Positions 38,449 through 46,665 of a DNA stretch of 64,000 nucleotides are shown one piece after another. The notes beneath the pieces are model-generated. The model saw only the letters and a program-made list of their open reading frames with translations. It was not told where the DNA came from and did no database searches. This DNA comes from an uncultured Enterobacteriaceae bacterium (GTDB lineage: Bacteria; Desulfobacterota; Binatia; Bin18). How positions within the stretch are numbered: position 1 is the stretch's first letter; the number at the start of each line of letters is the position of its first letter. The stretch spans positions 3,491 to 67,490 of the forward strand of contig CAZBUD010000016.1 of assembly GCA_964495015.1 (NCBI GenBank). The letters run 5' to 3'. A program made the position numbers and the translations under genes.

Positions 38449-39729
38449 ATGGGTTCCGGACTGTTTGCATTCCGCGACTATTGGCCACGGCGCTTTACCC
38501 TGATTGGCCTGTGTTTTTGTAGCACTTTTATTTGTTATATCGACCGGGTCAATATCTCAGTTGCTATTATTCCCATGGCCCAAGAGTTTGGCTGGGATCA
38601 AACCACACGGGGCATTGTGCTGTCCTCCTTTTTTTACGGCTACCTTGCCACCCAGGTCTTGGGAGGGTGGTTTGCCGACCGCTACGGTGGAAAGATCGTC
38701 TTAAGCTGTGGTGTCCTTTTATGGTCGCTCTTTACATTTGTTACCCCACCTGCTGCCGCAGTATCCCTCACTGTGCTCTTCCTCGCTCGGGTGGGTATGG
38801 GCCTCGGCGAAGGCGTGGGCTTTCCTGCGATTTACAACCTCTTTGCCCATTGGGTACCGAGCCAGGAGCGCGCACGTTCGGCTGCGTTGAATGTGAGCGG
38901 GATTTCGCTTGGGACGGTGGCCGCACTGCTCCTGACGCCGTCCATCGTCGTGGCTTGGGGCTGGCCGATGGTATTTTACCTGTTTGGCATACTCGGGTTT
39001 ATTTGGTTCGGCTTCTGGTATTCTCGTGTGACGGATACGCCGGAAACACACCCCACGATCCGCTCAGAAGAAATGGCCTATATTCACGAGCAGGCCCCAC
39101 CCCTTCCAAAAAATGAAACGATTCCGTGGAAATTGCTGCTGTCAAAAGCTCCGGTGTGGGCGATTATTATTAACCATTTTTGTTCAAACTGGGGCTTTTA
39201 TGTCATCCTGACCTGGCTTCCAACCTATTTCAACCATGCCCTCGGAGTCGATATTCACAAAGTCGGGTTCTACACCATTCTACCCTGGATCGTCATGTTT
39301 GTGATGGCGAATGTCGCTGGCTGGATCGCGGATACACTGTTGCAACGCGGCTTTTCCATCACCTTTGTCCGGAAACTGATGCAGAGCATTGGCCTCCTGA
39401 GCCCAGCCGTGTTTCTTGTTCTGATTGGAGGCGTGACCTCGCCGACTCAGGCCGTCGTCTATATGTGTTGCATCCTTGGATTTGGCTCATTTGCTTTGTC
39501 CGGCTTTGCGGTGAATCACCTCGATATTGGTCCACGTTATGCGGGGATCTTACTCGGTTTGTCCAACACCGCCGGCACGATTCCAGGTATTGTTGGGGTT
39601 ACTCTGACCGGTTTTATTTTGGATTCCACGGGCTCGTGGAGCCTAGTATTCCTGATCGCGTCCGGGATCTATGTCTTTGGTGCGCTCGTGTGGCTGCTTT
39701 TCGCTACTGGTGAGCGCGTGTTTGAGTGA
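38449..39729 (+). CDS. MFS transporter, anion:cation symporter (ACS/SLC17-like) family
   Basis: Internal ATG with an AAAGGGGAAGGGGGG SD. FICYIDRVNISVAI ... MAQEFGW and GGWFADRYGGK are ACS-family signatures. 12 TM segments. Confidence 0.8.
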   Translation: MGSGLFAFRDYWPRRFTLIGLCFCSTFICYIDRVNISVAIIPMAQEFGWDQTTRGIVLSSFFYGYLATQVLGGWFADRYGGKIVLSCGVLLWSLFTFVTPPAAAVSLTVLFLARVGMGLGEGVGFPAIYNLFAHWVPSQERARSAALNVSGISLGTVAALLLTPSIVVAWGWPMVFYLFGILGFIWFGFWYSRVTDTPETHPTIRSEEMAYIHEQAPPLPKNETIPWKLLLSKAPVWAIIINHFCSNWGFYVILTWLPTYFNHALGVDIHKVGFYTILPWIVMFVMANVAGWIADTLLQRGFSITFVRKLMQSIGLLSPAVFLVLIGGVTSPTQAVVYMCCILGFGSFALSGFAVNHLDIGPRYAGILLGLSNTAGTIPGIVGVTLTGFILDSTGSWSLVFLIASGIYVFGALVWLLFATGERVFE

Positions 39730-39759
39730 AGGATCAAAACCTGGGTAGAAAACCTCACG

Positions 39760-39963
39760 CTATTCCGGCTTCTTCTTGATCTCGTAGCCGAGCTCCTCAA
39801 CGGCTAATAGGATGTCTGCGATAGCCGTGAAATCCTGAATATCGGCATGCCCCATACGAATGCTCACGGCGTAATTGGAGCCGTACGGATGTTTGGTACG
39901 CCGATGCTGAAACACTGACTTCGCTATTCTGAGCAGCTCGAATTTCGGAGTATCGTCCGCCAT
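39760..39963 (-). CDS. Hypothetical small protein, translationally coupled to the TusA-like gene
   Basis: The ATG lies 1 nt after the TusA-like TAA (TAAtATG). 67 aa, MADDTPKFELLRIAKSVFQ ... VSIRMGHADIQDFTAIADILLAVEELGYEI. No confident family assignment. Confidence 0.35.
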   Translation of the reverse strand: MADDTPKFELLRIAKSVFQHRRTKHPYGSNYAVSIRMGHADIQDFTAIADILLAVEELGYEIKKKPE

Positions 39964-39964
39964 A

Positions 39965-40207
39965 TTATCTCTCAATCACAATCCGCCATTCCCGGCTGGT
40001 GTCGGTAGCATCTGGTTCGGTAATGTCAATAACGGTGTAGCCTTCGGCTTCTGCCGCGCGAGGAATGTCACGCCGACCTTTGGGGTCGTCGATGATTAGC
40101 TCGAGCCAAGCGCCTTGTTCGAGATATTCGAGCCGTACCTTGGCTTTGGCCCAGTTAAGGGGGCATTTGACCCCGCACAAATTCAGCTGCTCAGTTTTTT
40201 CAGCCAT
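39965..40207 (-). CDS. TusA-like sulfur-carrier (SirA/YedF/YeeD family) protein
   Basis: 80 aa. LNLCGVKCPLNWAKAKVRLEYLEQGAWLELIIDDPKGRRDIPRAAEAEGYTVI follows the TusA fold pattern, with the conserved Cys in a C-P context near the N-terminus. Confidence 0.7.
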   Translation of the reverse strand: MAEKTEQLNLCGVKCPLNWAKAKVRLEYLEQGAWLELIIDDPKGRRDIPRAAEAEGYTVIDITEPDATDTSREWRIVIER

Positions 40208-40583
40208 CGCTGTTTACATACCAGAGAGACTGTCCCCATTCACACTCCCCCCCTCCAGTCCGGTTGCTATTCGCGTCATAGACATAGGTGGACACCACTA
40301 CGCTATTGGCTTCCACTTCATCCAAGCGCCAGGCTACGTCGTAGTGATAGTCGTACGTCGTGGTCACGCCTTCGATAGTCTCTATGGTCTGCGTGATGCG
40401 GCCCAAATCGTCGCGGACGTGGTCCTGCCTGAGCACATCCGTGCTGTTCACCTTGACCGTGTACAGATCCGACTCGCCAAAGCCGTCATAGTCTGTTATA
40501 TCGATCACACTACCCAGCGTACTGCCCGCTTTTGCGAGAACGATAGAATATCGACTGTCTTGAGGGCGGTATCCTCCCCGTTT
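40200..40583 (-). CDS. YD-repeat (RHS-like) small ORF or fragment, overlapping the TusA-like start by 8 nt
   Basis: The frame is open from the stop at 40584. It reads ...GGYRPQDSRYSIVLAKAGSTLGSVIDITDYDGFGESDLYTVKVNSTDVLRQDHVRDDLGRITQTIETIEGVTTTYDYHYDVAWRLDEVEANSVVVSTYVYDANSNRTGG..., with tandem Y-x-YD-x-x-(G/A)-(R/N)-(L/R)-T repeats. No ATG; the first candidate start is a GTG at 40508. Its stop TGA lies inside ATGGCTGA, overlapping the TusA-like ATG. Confidence 0.4.
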   Translation of the reverse strand, partial: KRGGYRPQDSRYSIVLAKAGSTLGSVIDITDYDGFGESDLYTVKVNSTDVLRQDHVRDDLGRITQTIETIEGVTTTYDYHYDVAWRLDEVEANSVVVSTYVYDANSNRTGGGECEWGQSLWYVNSDG

Positions 40584-40638
40584 CTACGGTTCCTTTTATA
40601 CGGTATGCTGTGCCATCTTCGAATCACTGGGGTGCGGT

Positions 40639-42696
40639 GTGGAGCGCGACGAGAGCCGTCCGTTGAAATATGTGCTGCGGTCAGACGATGCAGACAACCG
40701 ACCGCAACGTTTTTCCATAAACTACAAGCAAGAGCTGAATCCAAGTCAGTACGAGGCTGCGATTGTACGCGATGGGCCGGTGCTGGTGCTTGCCGGCGCG
40801 GGCAGCGGCAAGACACGCACGCTCATCTATCGGGTCGCACGTCTGATCGAAGAGGGCGTAGACCCGGCTTCGCTCTTGCTGCTGACCTTTACCCGACGTG
40901 CTGCTGAGGAAATGGTCCAACGTGCAGGCTTCCTTATGGGCGGCCGGTGCGACAAGGTGACTGAGGGAACCTTCCATTCTTTTGCCAATACCGTGCTGCG
41001 CCGCTACGCCGCGTTGCTCGGTTTCTCCAATTCGTTCACTATTTTAGATCGCACTGATTCCGAAGATGCGATTAACCTCATTCGTGCCCAGCTTGGCCTC
41101 GATAAGAAAACGCGTCGCTTCCCACGCAAGCAGACGATTGCTGAGGTCATCAGTTTGGCGGCCAATAAAACTACCAGTGTTGCTGAAGTTCTCGATACGC
41201 AGTTCCCACACCTCTTCTCCGAACTCGACGAACTGAGTCGTATCCAGGAGCATTACCGCCAGTACAAGCAAGAGCGCAGTTTGCTCGACTACGATGATCT
41301 GCTGACACATTTGCGTGAACTGCTACGCGCCCATCCCGATGTTGCCGACCGGCTGTCGCGCATCTACCGCTATATTATGGTTGACGAGTATCAGGATACG
41401 AATCGGCTCCAAGCTGAAATTATCCGCTCGCTGGCTCATGCCCATGACAATGTTATGGCGGTTGGTGATGACGCCCAGTCGATCTATAGCTTTCGTGGCG
41501 CGACAGTACGAAATATTTTTGAGTTCCCGGATCTTTTTCCCGGTACTAGAGTGATTAAGCTCGAAGAAAATTACCGCAGTACCCAACCTATTCTCGACCT
41601 CTCTAACGAGATTATTCTTCAAGCCAAGGAGCATTACACTAAGAATCTCTTTACGAAAAAGGAAGCGGGCTTTCAGCCTACTTTGATCGAAGCCGATAGC
41701 GAGCGCTATCAGTCGCGCTTTGTCACCCAGAAGATTTTAGAGCTCCGGGAGGAAGGCGTCCCACTTACTGAAATCGCGGTACTCTTCCGTTCCAGCTTTC
41801 ATTCGTTTGATCTGGAGCTGGAGCTGAATCGATGCAATCTGCCGTTTGTGAAGCGGGGTGGATTTAAGTTTATTGAAACAACGCATGTAAAGGACGTACT
41901 GGCCCATCTGCGTATTATCGCGAATCCGCAGGATGCCGTTTCCTGGCATCGCATTCTGCTGCTGCTTGAAGGCGTGGGACCAAAGAGCAGCGACAAGATC
42001 CTCAACCACGTCCTGGGTGGCCCAGAGCAGCTCCAACGTCTAGCCGAATTTCCCGGCCGCGGGGTAGTCAAGACTGAGGTGCAGCAGCTTGCGGCTGTGC
42101 TGCAAGCGGTCTCTGATCCAGACCTCGATCCGCGAGAGCAGATTGACGGCATCGTGCAATACTACCTGCCTATGCTCAAACGTAACCACCGAGAAGATTA
42201 TCCCAAGCGGCAAAAAGATCTAGAGCATTTTTCGATTATTACCGAGCGATATCGCAGCTTGGATCGCCTCCTGTCGGATATGGCCTTAGAGCCGCCCAAC
42301 ACTAGCGTTGACGGTGTACCGGCAACGGATCGCGATGAAGAAGGGGTGTTGACTCTGTCCACGATACACTCGGCAAAAGGGCTTGAGTGGCATTCCGTGT
42401 TTATCATTTGGGCAGTCGAAGGACGCTTCCCGTCGCTATACAACAAAGAGGACGACGATCTCGAAGAAGAGCGCCGTCTAATGTATGTTGCAGCCACTCG
42501 GGCTAAAGAGAATTTGTTCATTTCTTATCCGATCAATATCTTTGATCGGGCAACCGGAATGGTTCTGAGTAAACCGTCGCGGTTTCTCGAGGACATTCCG
42601 CGCCGGATCCTAAAGCCCGTCTTCCTGATTGAAGAAGATGATGACGCGGATGATGATGACGACGGCTGGCAGTCGCGTCGAAATCGGTCACGGTGA
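40639..42696 (+). CDS. UvrD/Rep/PcrA-family ATP-dependent DNA helicase
   Basis: 685 aa. Walker A GAGSGKT, helicase motifs (DEYQDTN, VGDDAQSIYSFRGA, the LEENYRS region, TIHSAKGLEW) and a poly-Asp C-terminus. Confidence 0.85.
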   Translation: MERDESRPLKYVLRSDDADNRPQRFSINYKQELNPSQYEAAIVRDGPVLVLAGAGSGKTRTLIYRVARLIEEGVDPASLLLLTFTRRAAEEMVQRAGFLMGGRCDKVTEGTFHSFANTVLRRYAALLGFSNSFTILDRTDSEDAINLIRAQLGLDKKTRRFPRKQTIAEVISLAANKTTSVAEVLDTQFPHLFSELDELSRIQEHYRQYKQERSLLDYDDLLTHLRELLRAHPDVADRLSRIYRYIMVDEYQDTNRLQAEIIRSLAHAHDNVMAVGDDAQSIYSFRGATVRNIFEFPDLFPGTRVIKLEENYRSTQPILDLSNEIILQAKEHYTKNLFTKKEAGFQPTLIEADSERYQSRFVTQKILELREEGVPLTEIAVLFRSSFHSFDLELELNRCNLPFVKRGGFKFIETTHVKDVLAHLRIIANPQDAVSWHRILLLLEGVGPKSSDKILNHVLGGPEQLQRLAEFPGRGVVKTEVQQLAAVLQAVSDPDLDPREQIDGIVQYYLPMLKRNHREDYPKRQKDLEHFSIITERYRSLDRLLSDMALEPPNTSVDGVPATDRDEEGVLTLSTIHSAKGLEWHSVFIIWAVEGRFPSLYNKEDDDLEEERRLMYVAATRAKENLFISYPINIFDRATGMVLSKPSRFLEDIPRRILKPVFLIEEDDDADDDDDGWQSRRNRSR

Positions 42697-42740
42697 AAGT
42701 AGGGGCGGCCGGCCGGTAGCCCGGGCACAGCATGCCGCTT

Positions 42741-43565
42741 TTAAGAAGATACCTGGGATGCTTGCCTCGCGTGTTTGTCCAGAAATGCTCCCAGCGCTGC
42801 GTTGAATGCTTTCGGTTGCTCGATATTCGTCAGATGCCCGGACCCTGGGATGGTGGCCAAGGAAGCTCCGGGAATGTTCTTGACCAGAAATTCTGACGCT
42901 GCTGGCGGTGTGACCTGATCTTCCTCGCCGACAATAACCAATGTGGGTACGCTAATATGTGGCAAGACTGTGCGGAAATCAGTGCTAACGATTGCATGCA
43001 AGGCCTGTTTATACGAATCAACCCGGAGGGCGGACATGGATGCAATGAGCTTATCGCGTACGGGCTGTGACGCACTTGGTGCGACAAGGACCTTGACCAC
43101 CTCGGGAGCAATGTCGGCCGGAGTTAAGCCTTTCTCGAGTGGTTCAAGGCGCCGTGCAAGAAAATCCTGTTTGACTTCCTTCGATGCTGCACCGAAGCCC
43201 GAAGAAGTATCCACTAATGCGAGCGTGGCGACACGGTCTGCGTAACGACCATAAAAGTCCTGGATAATCATACCGCCCATCGAAAGCCCAACGAGATGGG
43301 CTTTTTCGACTTCGAGCTGATCAAGGAGACGGAGCAGGTCATCGGCAAAGTCGCTAAATTGCAGGATCTGCGGCGAATCGTCACTGCCGAGATAACCTCG
43401 GGCATCCCATGCCACAGCGCAAAAGCGACTCCCAAAGTGTGCGAGCTGGCCCGTCCAATTTCGACGATTTCCGCCAATACCATGCAGGAAAATCACTAAT
43501 GGGCCCTCGCCTTGGGTATCGTACGCAACAGAAACCGGACCTTCTGTGCGTCGTGTTTCGGCCAT
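42741..43565 (-). CDS. Alpha/beta-fold hydrolase
   Basis: 274 aa. LVIFLHGIGGN, nucleophile elbow GLSMGG, and a C-terminal GSGHLTNIEQP. Confidence 0.8.
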   Translation of the reverse strand: MAETRRTEGPVSVAYDTQGEGPLVIFLHGIGGNRRNWTGQLAHFGSRFCAVAWDARGYLGSDDSPQILQFSDFADDLLRLLDQLEVEKAHLVGLSMGGMIIQDFYGRYADRVATLALVDTSSGFGAASKEVKQDFLARRLEPLEKGLTPADIAPEVVKVLVAPSASQPVRDKLIASMSALRVDSYKQALHAIVSTDFRTVLPHISVPTLVIVGEEDQVTPPAASEFLVKNIPGASLATIPGSGHLTNIEQPKAFNAALGAFLDKHARQASQVSS

Positions 43566-43582
43566 GGGCTTCTCCTTTTCTG

Positions 43583-45301
43583 CTACATTGCCTCCAGTGT
43601 CTCTATCCCCAGTAGCTCCAGCCCGGTTTTCAAATACTGGGCGGTCAGACTACACAGCAACAGCCGCGTGGGCCGACGATCCTCCAGGGCCTTCAGAACC
43701 GGATGGGCTTGGTAGAAAAGATTAAACTGGGTGGCGAGTTCGTACAAAAAATTTGCCAGCAAATTAGGTTTATACGAGCGTTCGACTTCGAGCAGCACGT
43801 CGCCAAAGCGGAGCATGTATTTGGCCAGGTTTCGTTCTTCGGGTGCAAGCAGTTGGACCAGCATGTCTGGCGGGGGCTGCCAGTCGGTCAGACCGCCTTT
43901 GCGAAAGATCGAACGAATACGGGCATACGCGTATTGCAAATACGGGGCCGTATTGCCATCCAAGGCGAGCAGCTTATCCCAACTAAAGCGATAGTCCATA
44001 GTGCGGTTCTGCATCAGATCCGCATATTTGACCGCACCGATAGCAACGATTCTCGCTATATGTTTCTGCTTTTCTTGTGACAGACCAGGGTTCTTATCTC
44101 GGACCACAGCCAGCGCCCGTTCTTCCGCCTCGTCCAGCAGAGCGGTGAGCTTTATCGGTTCTCCCTCGCGGGTTTTAATCGGCTTGCCATCTTCTCCGAG
44201 GATCGTACCGAAGCAGATATGTTCCAGGTCCATGTCATATCCCCAGATTCGCGCGACGGCAAAAAGCTGACGAAAATGGAGCTGTTGGCGGCTGTCGGTG
44301 ACATACACAATACGATCCGGCTGGAAGGTAGTCGCACGATATTTGATCGTGGCCAGATCCGTGGTGGCATACAGAAATGCGCCGTCCTGTTTCTGGATCA
44401 GGAATGGCGTGTCGGCGAGATCTGAGTCGTTATCATAAAAGACGCAGATTGCGCCTTCGCTGGGTCGAGCGATGCCTTTGTCTTGAAGTTCCCGAACCAC
44501 ATCCGCGAGCATGGGGTTATAGAAGCTTTCTCCCAGCCAGTGATCGAAGGTGACGTCAAGGCGGTCATAGATGCGCTCGAACGCCTGACGCGAGACCCGC
44601 ATATATTCATTCCACAAGGCCGTATTGTCTGCATCCCCTTGCTGCAGCTTGGCCAGCTCTGCGCGAGCACTGTCCGCAAGCGTTGTGTCGGTCTTGGTTT
44701 TGTCCTGGACCTCTTTATACATCCGTTCCATTTCAGCCAGGGGGTCGCGTTCGTACGCAGCTTGGTCGAGAAACGAACGATACCCGACCACCAACATCCC
44801 AAACTGGGTGCCCCAATCACCCAGGTGATTGTCCGTCGTCACGCTATGGCCCAGGAAGCGAAGAATACGGGTAAGCGTATCGCCCAGGATCGTTGAACGG
44901 ATATGGCCGACATGCATGGATTTCGCGACATTCGGGGCACTAAAGTCCACGACTATGGTATCTGGAGCAGCAGCGGGTTCCACGCCGAGGCGTTCGTCCT
45001 GCGCGGCAGAGAGAATGGTTCGCCCAAGCCAGTGGGGATCAAGGTGAAAATTGATAAAGCCGGGACCGGCAATGTCCCAGGTCGCAGGAATATCGTCCGG
45101 CTTCAGCTCGGCAATCACGGCTTCGGCTAGTTTGCGCGGATTCTGCTTCTGCGCTTTAGCAACAGCCATGACGCCGTTTGCTTGATAATCGCCGAATTTT
45201 GGATTGGTCGCCGGGGTGACGATGGCTGCCGCTGCTGTGCCGCTGACTGCAGCGATAGCCTGAGCGGTCTTTTCCTCTAAGAGCTGTTGTATCGTTGGCA
45301 T
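43583..45301 (-). CDS. argS: Arginyl-tRNA synthetase
   Basis: Internal ATG (MPTIQQLLEE...). HIGH-like motif SAPNVAKSMHVGHIRS. The C-terminal DALR anticodon-binding domain ends ...LGIETLEAM. The longer ORF adds 59 implausible residues. Confidence 0.85.
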   Translation of the reverse strand: MPTIQQLLEEKTAQAIAAVSGTAAAAIVTPATNPKFGDYQANGVMAVAKAQKQNPRKLAEAVIAELKPDDIPATWDIAGPGFINFHLDPHWLGRTILSAAQDERLGVEPAAAPDTIVVDFSAPNVAKSMHVGHIRSTILGDTLTRILRFLGHSVTTDNHLGDWGTQFGMLVVGYRSFLDQAAYERDPLAEMERMYKEVQDKTKTDTTLADSARAELAKLQQGDADNTALWNEYMRVSRQAFERIYDRLDVTFDHWLGESFYNPMLADVVRELQDKGIARPSEGAICVFYDNDSDLADTPFLIQKQDGAFLYATTDLATIKYRATTFQPDRIVYVTDSRQQLHFRQLFAVARIWGYDMDLEHICFGTILGEDGKPIKTREGEPIKLTALLDEAEERALAVVRDKNPGLSQEKQKHIARIVAIGAVKYADLMQNRTMDYRFSWDKLLALDGNTAPYLQYAYARIRSIFRKGGLTDWQPPPDMLVQLLAPEERNLAKYMLRFGDVLLEVERSYKPNLLANFLYELATQFNLFYQAHPVLKALEDRRPTRLLLCSLTAQYLKTGLELLGIETLEAM

Positions 45302-45523
45302 ACGGGAAAGTCTTTTGTTATACGTTGCGCTTCCAAATATTTTTTGCAGTGTAGCTGCTGATTTGTAGCAAAGGCTCTTCCTTATCGGCAAGGGTGGGCG
45401 TACATTTGCGCCAGTTATCACTTTGTGCCATGATTTTTTACAATAACTTGCTCCGTGAGAATACAAAGTGGTTTGCACGAACGTAGTAAGGACGTGAGCT
45501 AAAAGAGCTGGGACAGAAGAGCC

Positions 45524-46663
45524 ATGGAAAGCCCATCAGTGAACCGCGATAGCCAGACACAATCGACCTACTGGATCGCACTCCACCTGGTACATGGTGT
45601 TGGAAATGTTACGTATCGTCAATTGCTGAAGAATTTTACCTCACCGCAGGCGGCCTTGAATCCTTCCACCGCTGCGCTGATAGAAACTTGTGTCCGCTCA
45701 CGTGTTGCGCAAAATATTACTGCATTTGATCAATGAGCGGACTTTGAAGCTGAAGTCCACAGGCTGGAACAGGTTGGGGCACATTTGGCCACACGAACAG
45801 ACGACGAATATCCGGTGAGGCTACGGCAGATCCATGACCCAGCCCCTCTTCTCTATGTGCAGGGGAGATTTGTTCCGGAAGATAGGGTATCAATTGCCAT
45901 TGTGGGCGCCCGGATGGCCGGTGCATATGGACGTGGTGTGGCACGCGAGCTGGCCCAGGAACTTGTTGCCCGGAGGATTAGCGTCGTGAGCGGGATGGCG
46001 CGTGGTATTGATGCCGAGGCCCACCATGCGACTCTCGAGGCCGGCGGCCGGACCATTGCTGTTTTAGGATCGGGGCTTGACGTAGTGTATCCGCGTGAGC
46101 ACATAGCGTTGGCAGAGCATATTGCTGCGAATGGAGTAGTCGTGTCGGAGTTTGCACTTGGCAGTCGACCCGAGGCCGGGAACTTTCTCTATAGGAATCG
46201 GGTCATTAGTGGCATGAGTCTCGGCACAGTTGTTGTGGAGGGAACGGAAAAGAGTGGGTCTCTGATCACGGCCCAGTGTGGGCTGGACCAGAACCGTGAG
46301 ATGTCTGCCGTCCTTGGTCCGATTACAGTAAGCCGCAGCCGTGGTCCACATCGGGTCATTAAGGATGGCGCAAAATTTGTTGAAAACATTGATGATACAC
46401 CGAGCGAAATTGTACTCGGCCCCGTGCCGGTTGGCCAGCCTGCGAAGGTCACGCCGGCCGTCCTTTTGGATCCGGACGAAGAGCTACTGTTTCGGCTGTT
46501 TGAAGAAGAGCCGCTACACGTTGATACGGTAATTACCGGAAGTCGGCTTGAGACAGCACGCGTACTTGAGGTGTCCCTTAGGCTAGAATTAAAAGGATTA
46601 GTTGCCCAACTCCCAGGAATGGATTTCGCGTCTACGAGAGGAAGCGAAGCAAGAGGAATGTAA
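45524..46663 (+). CDS. dprA: DNA-processing protein DprA (Smf), one reading frame interrupted by an in-frame TGA at 45734-45736
   Basis: ORF 45524-45736 (YWIALHLVHGVGNVTYRQLLKNFTSPQAAL, the DprA N-terminal SAM/HhH domain) and ORF 45785-46663 (DEYPVRLRQIHDPAPLLYVQG ... Rossmann-like DprA core ... C-terminal winged helix) are in the same frame. The intervening read ...AFDQ*ADFEAEVHRLEQVGAHLATRT aligns to E. coli Smf ...SLCWLEQPNHHL. Conserved dprA-topA adjacency, 2 nt apart. Confidence 0.75.
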
Positions 46664-46665
46664 GT

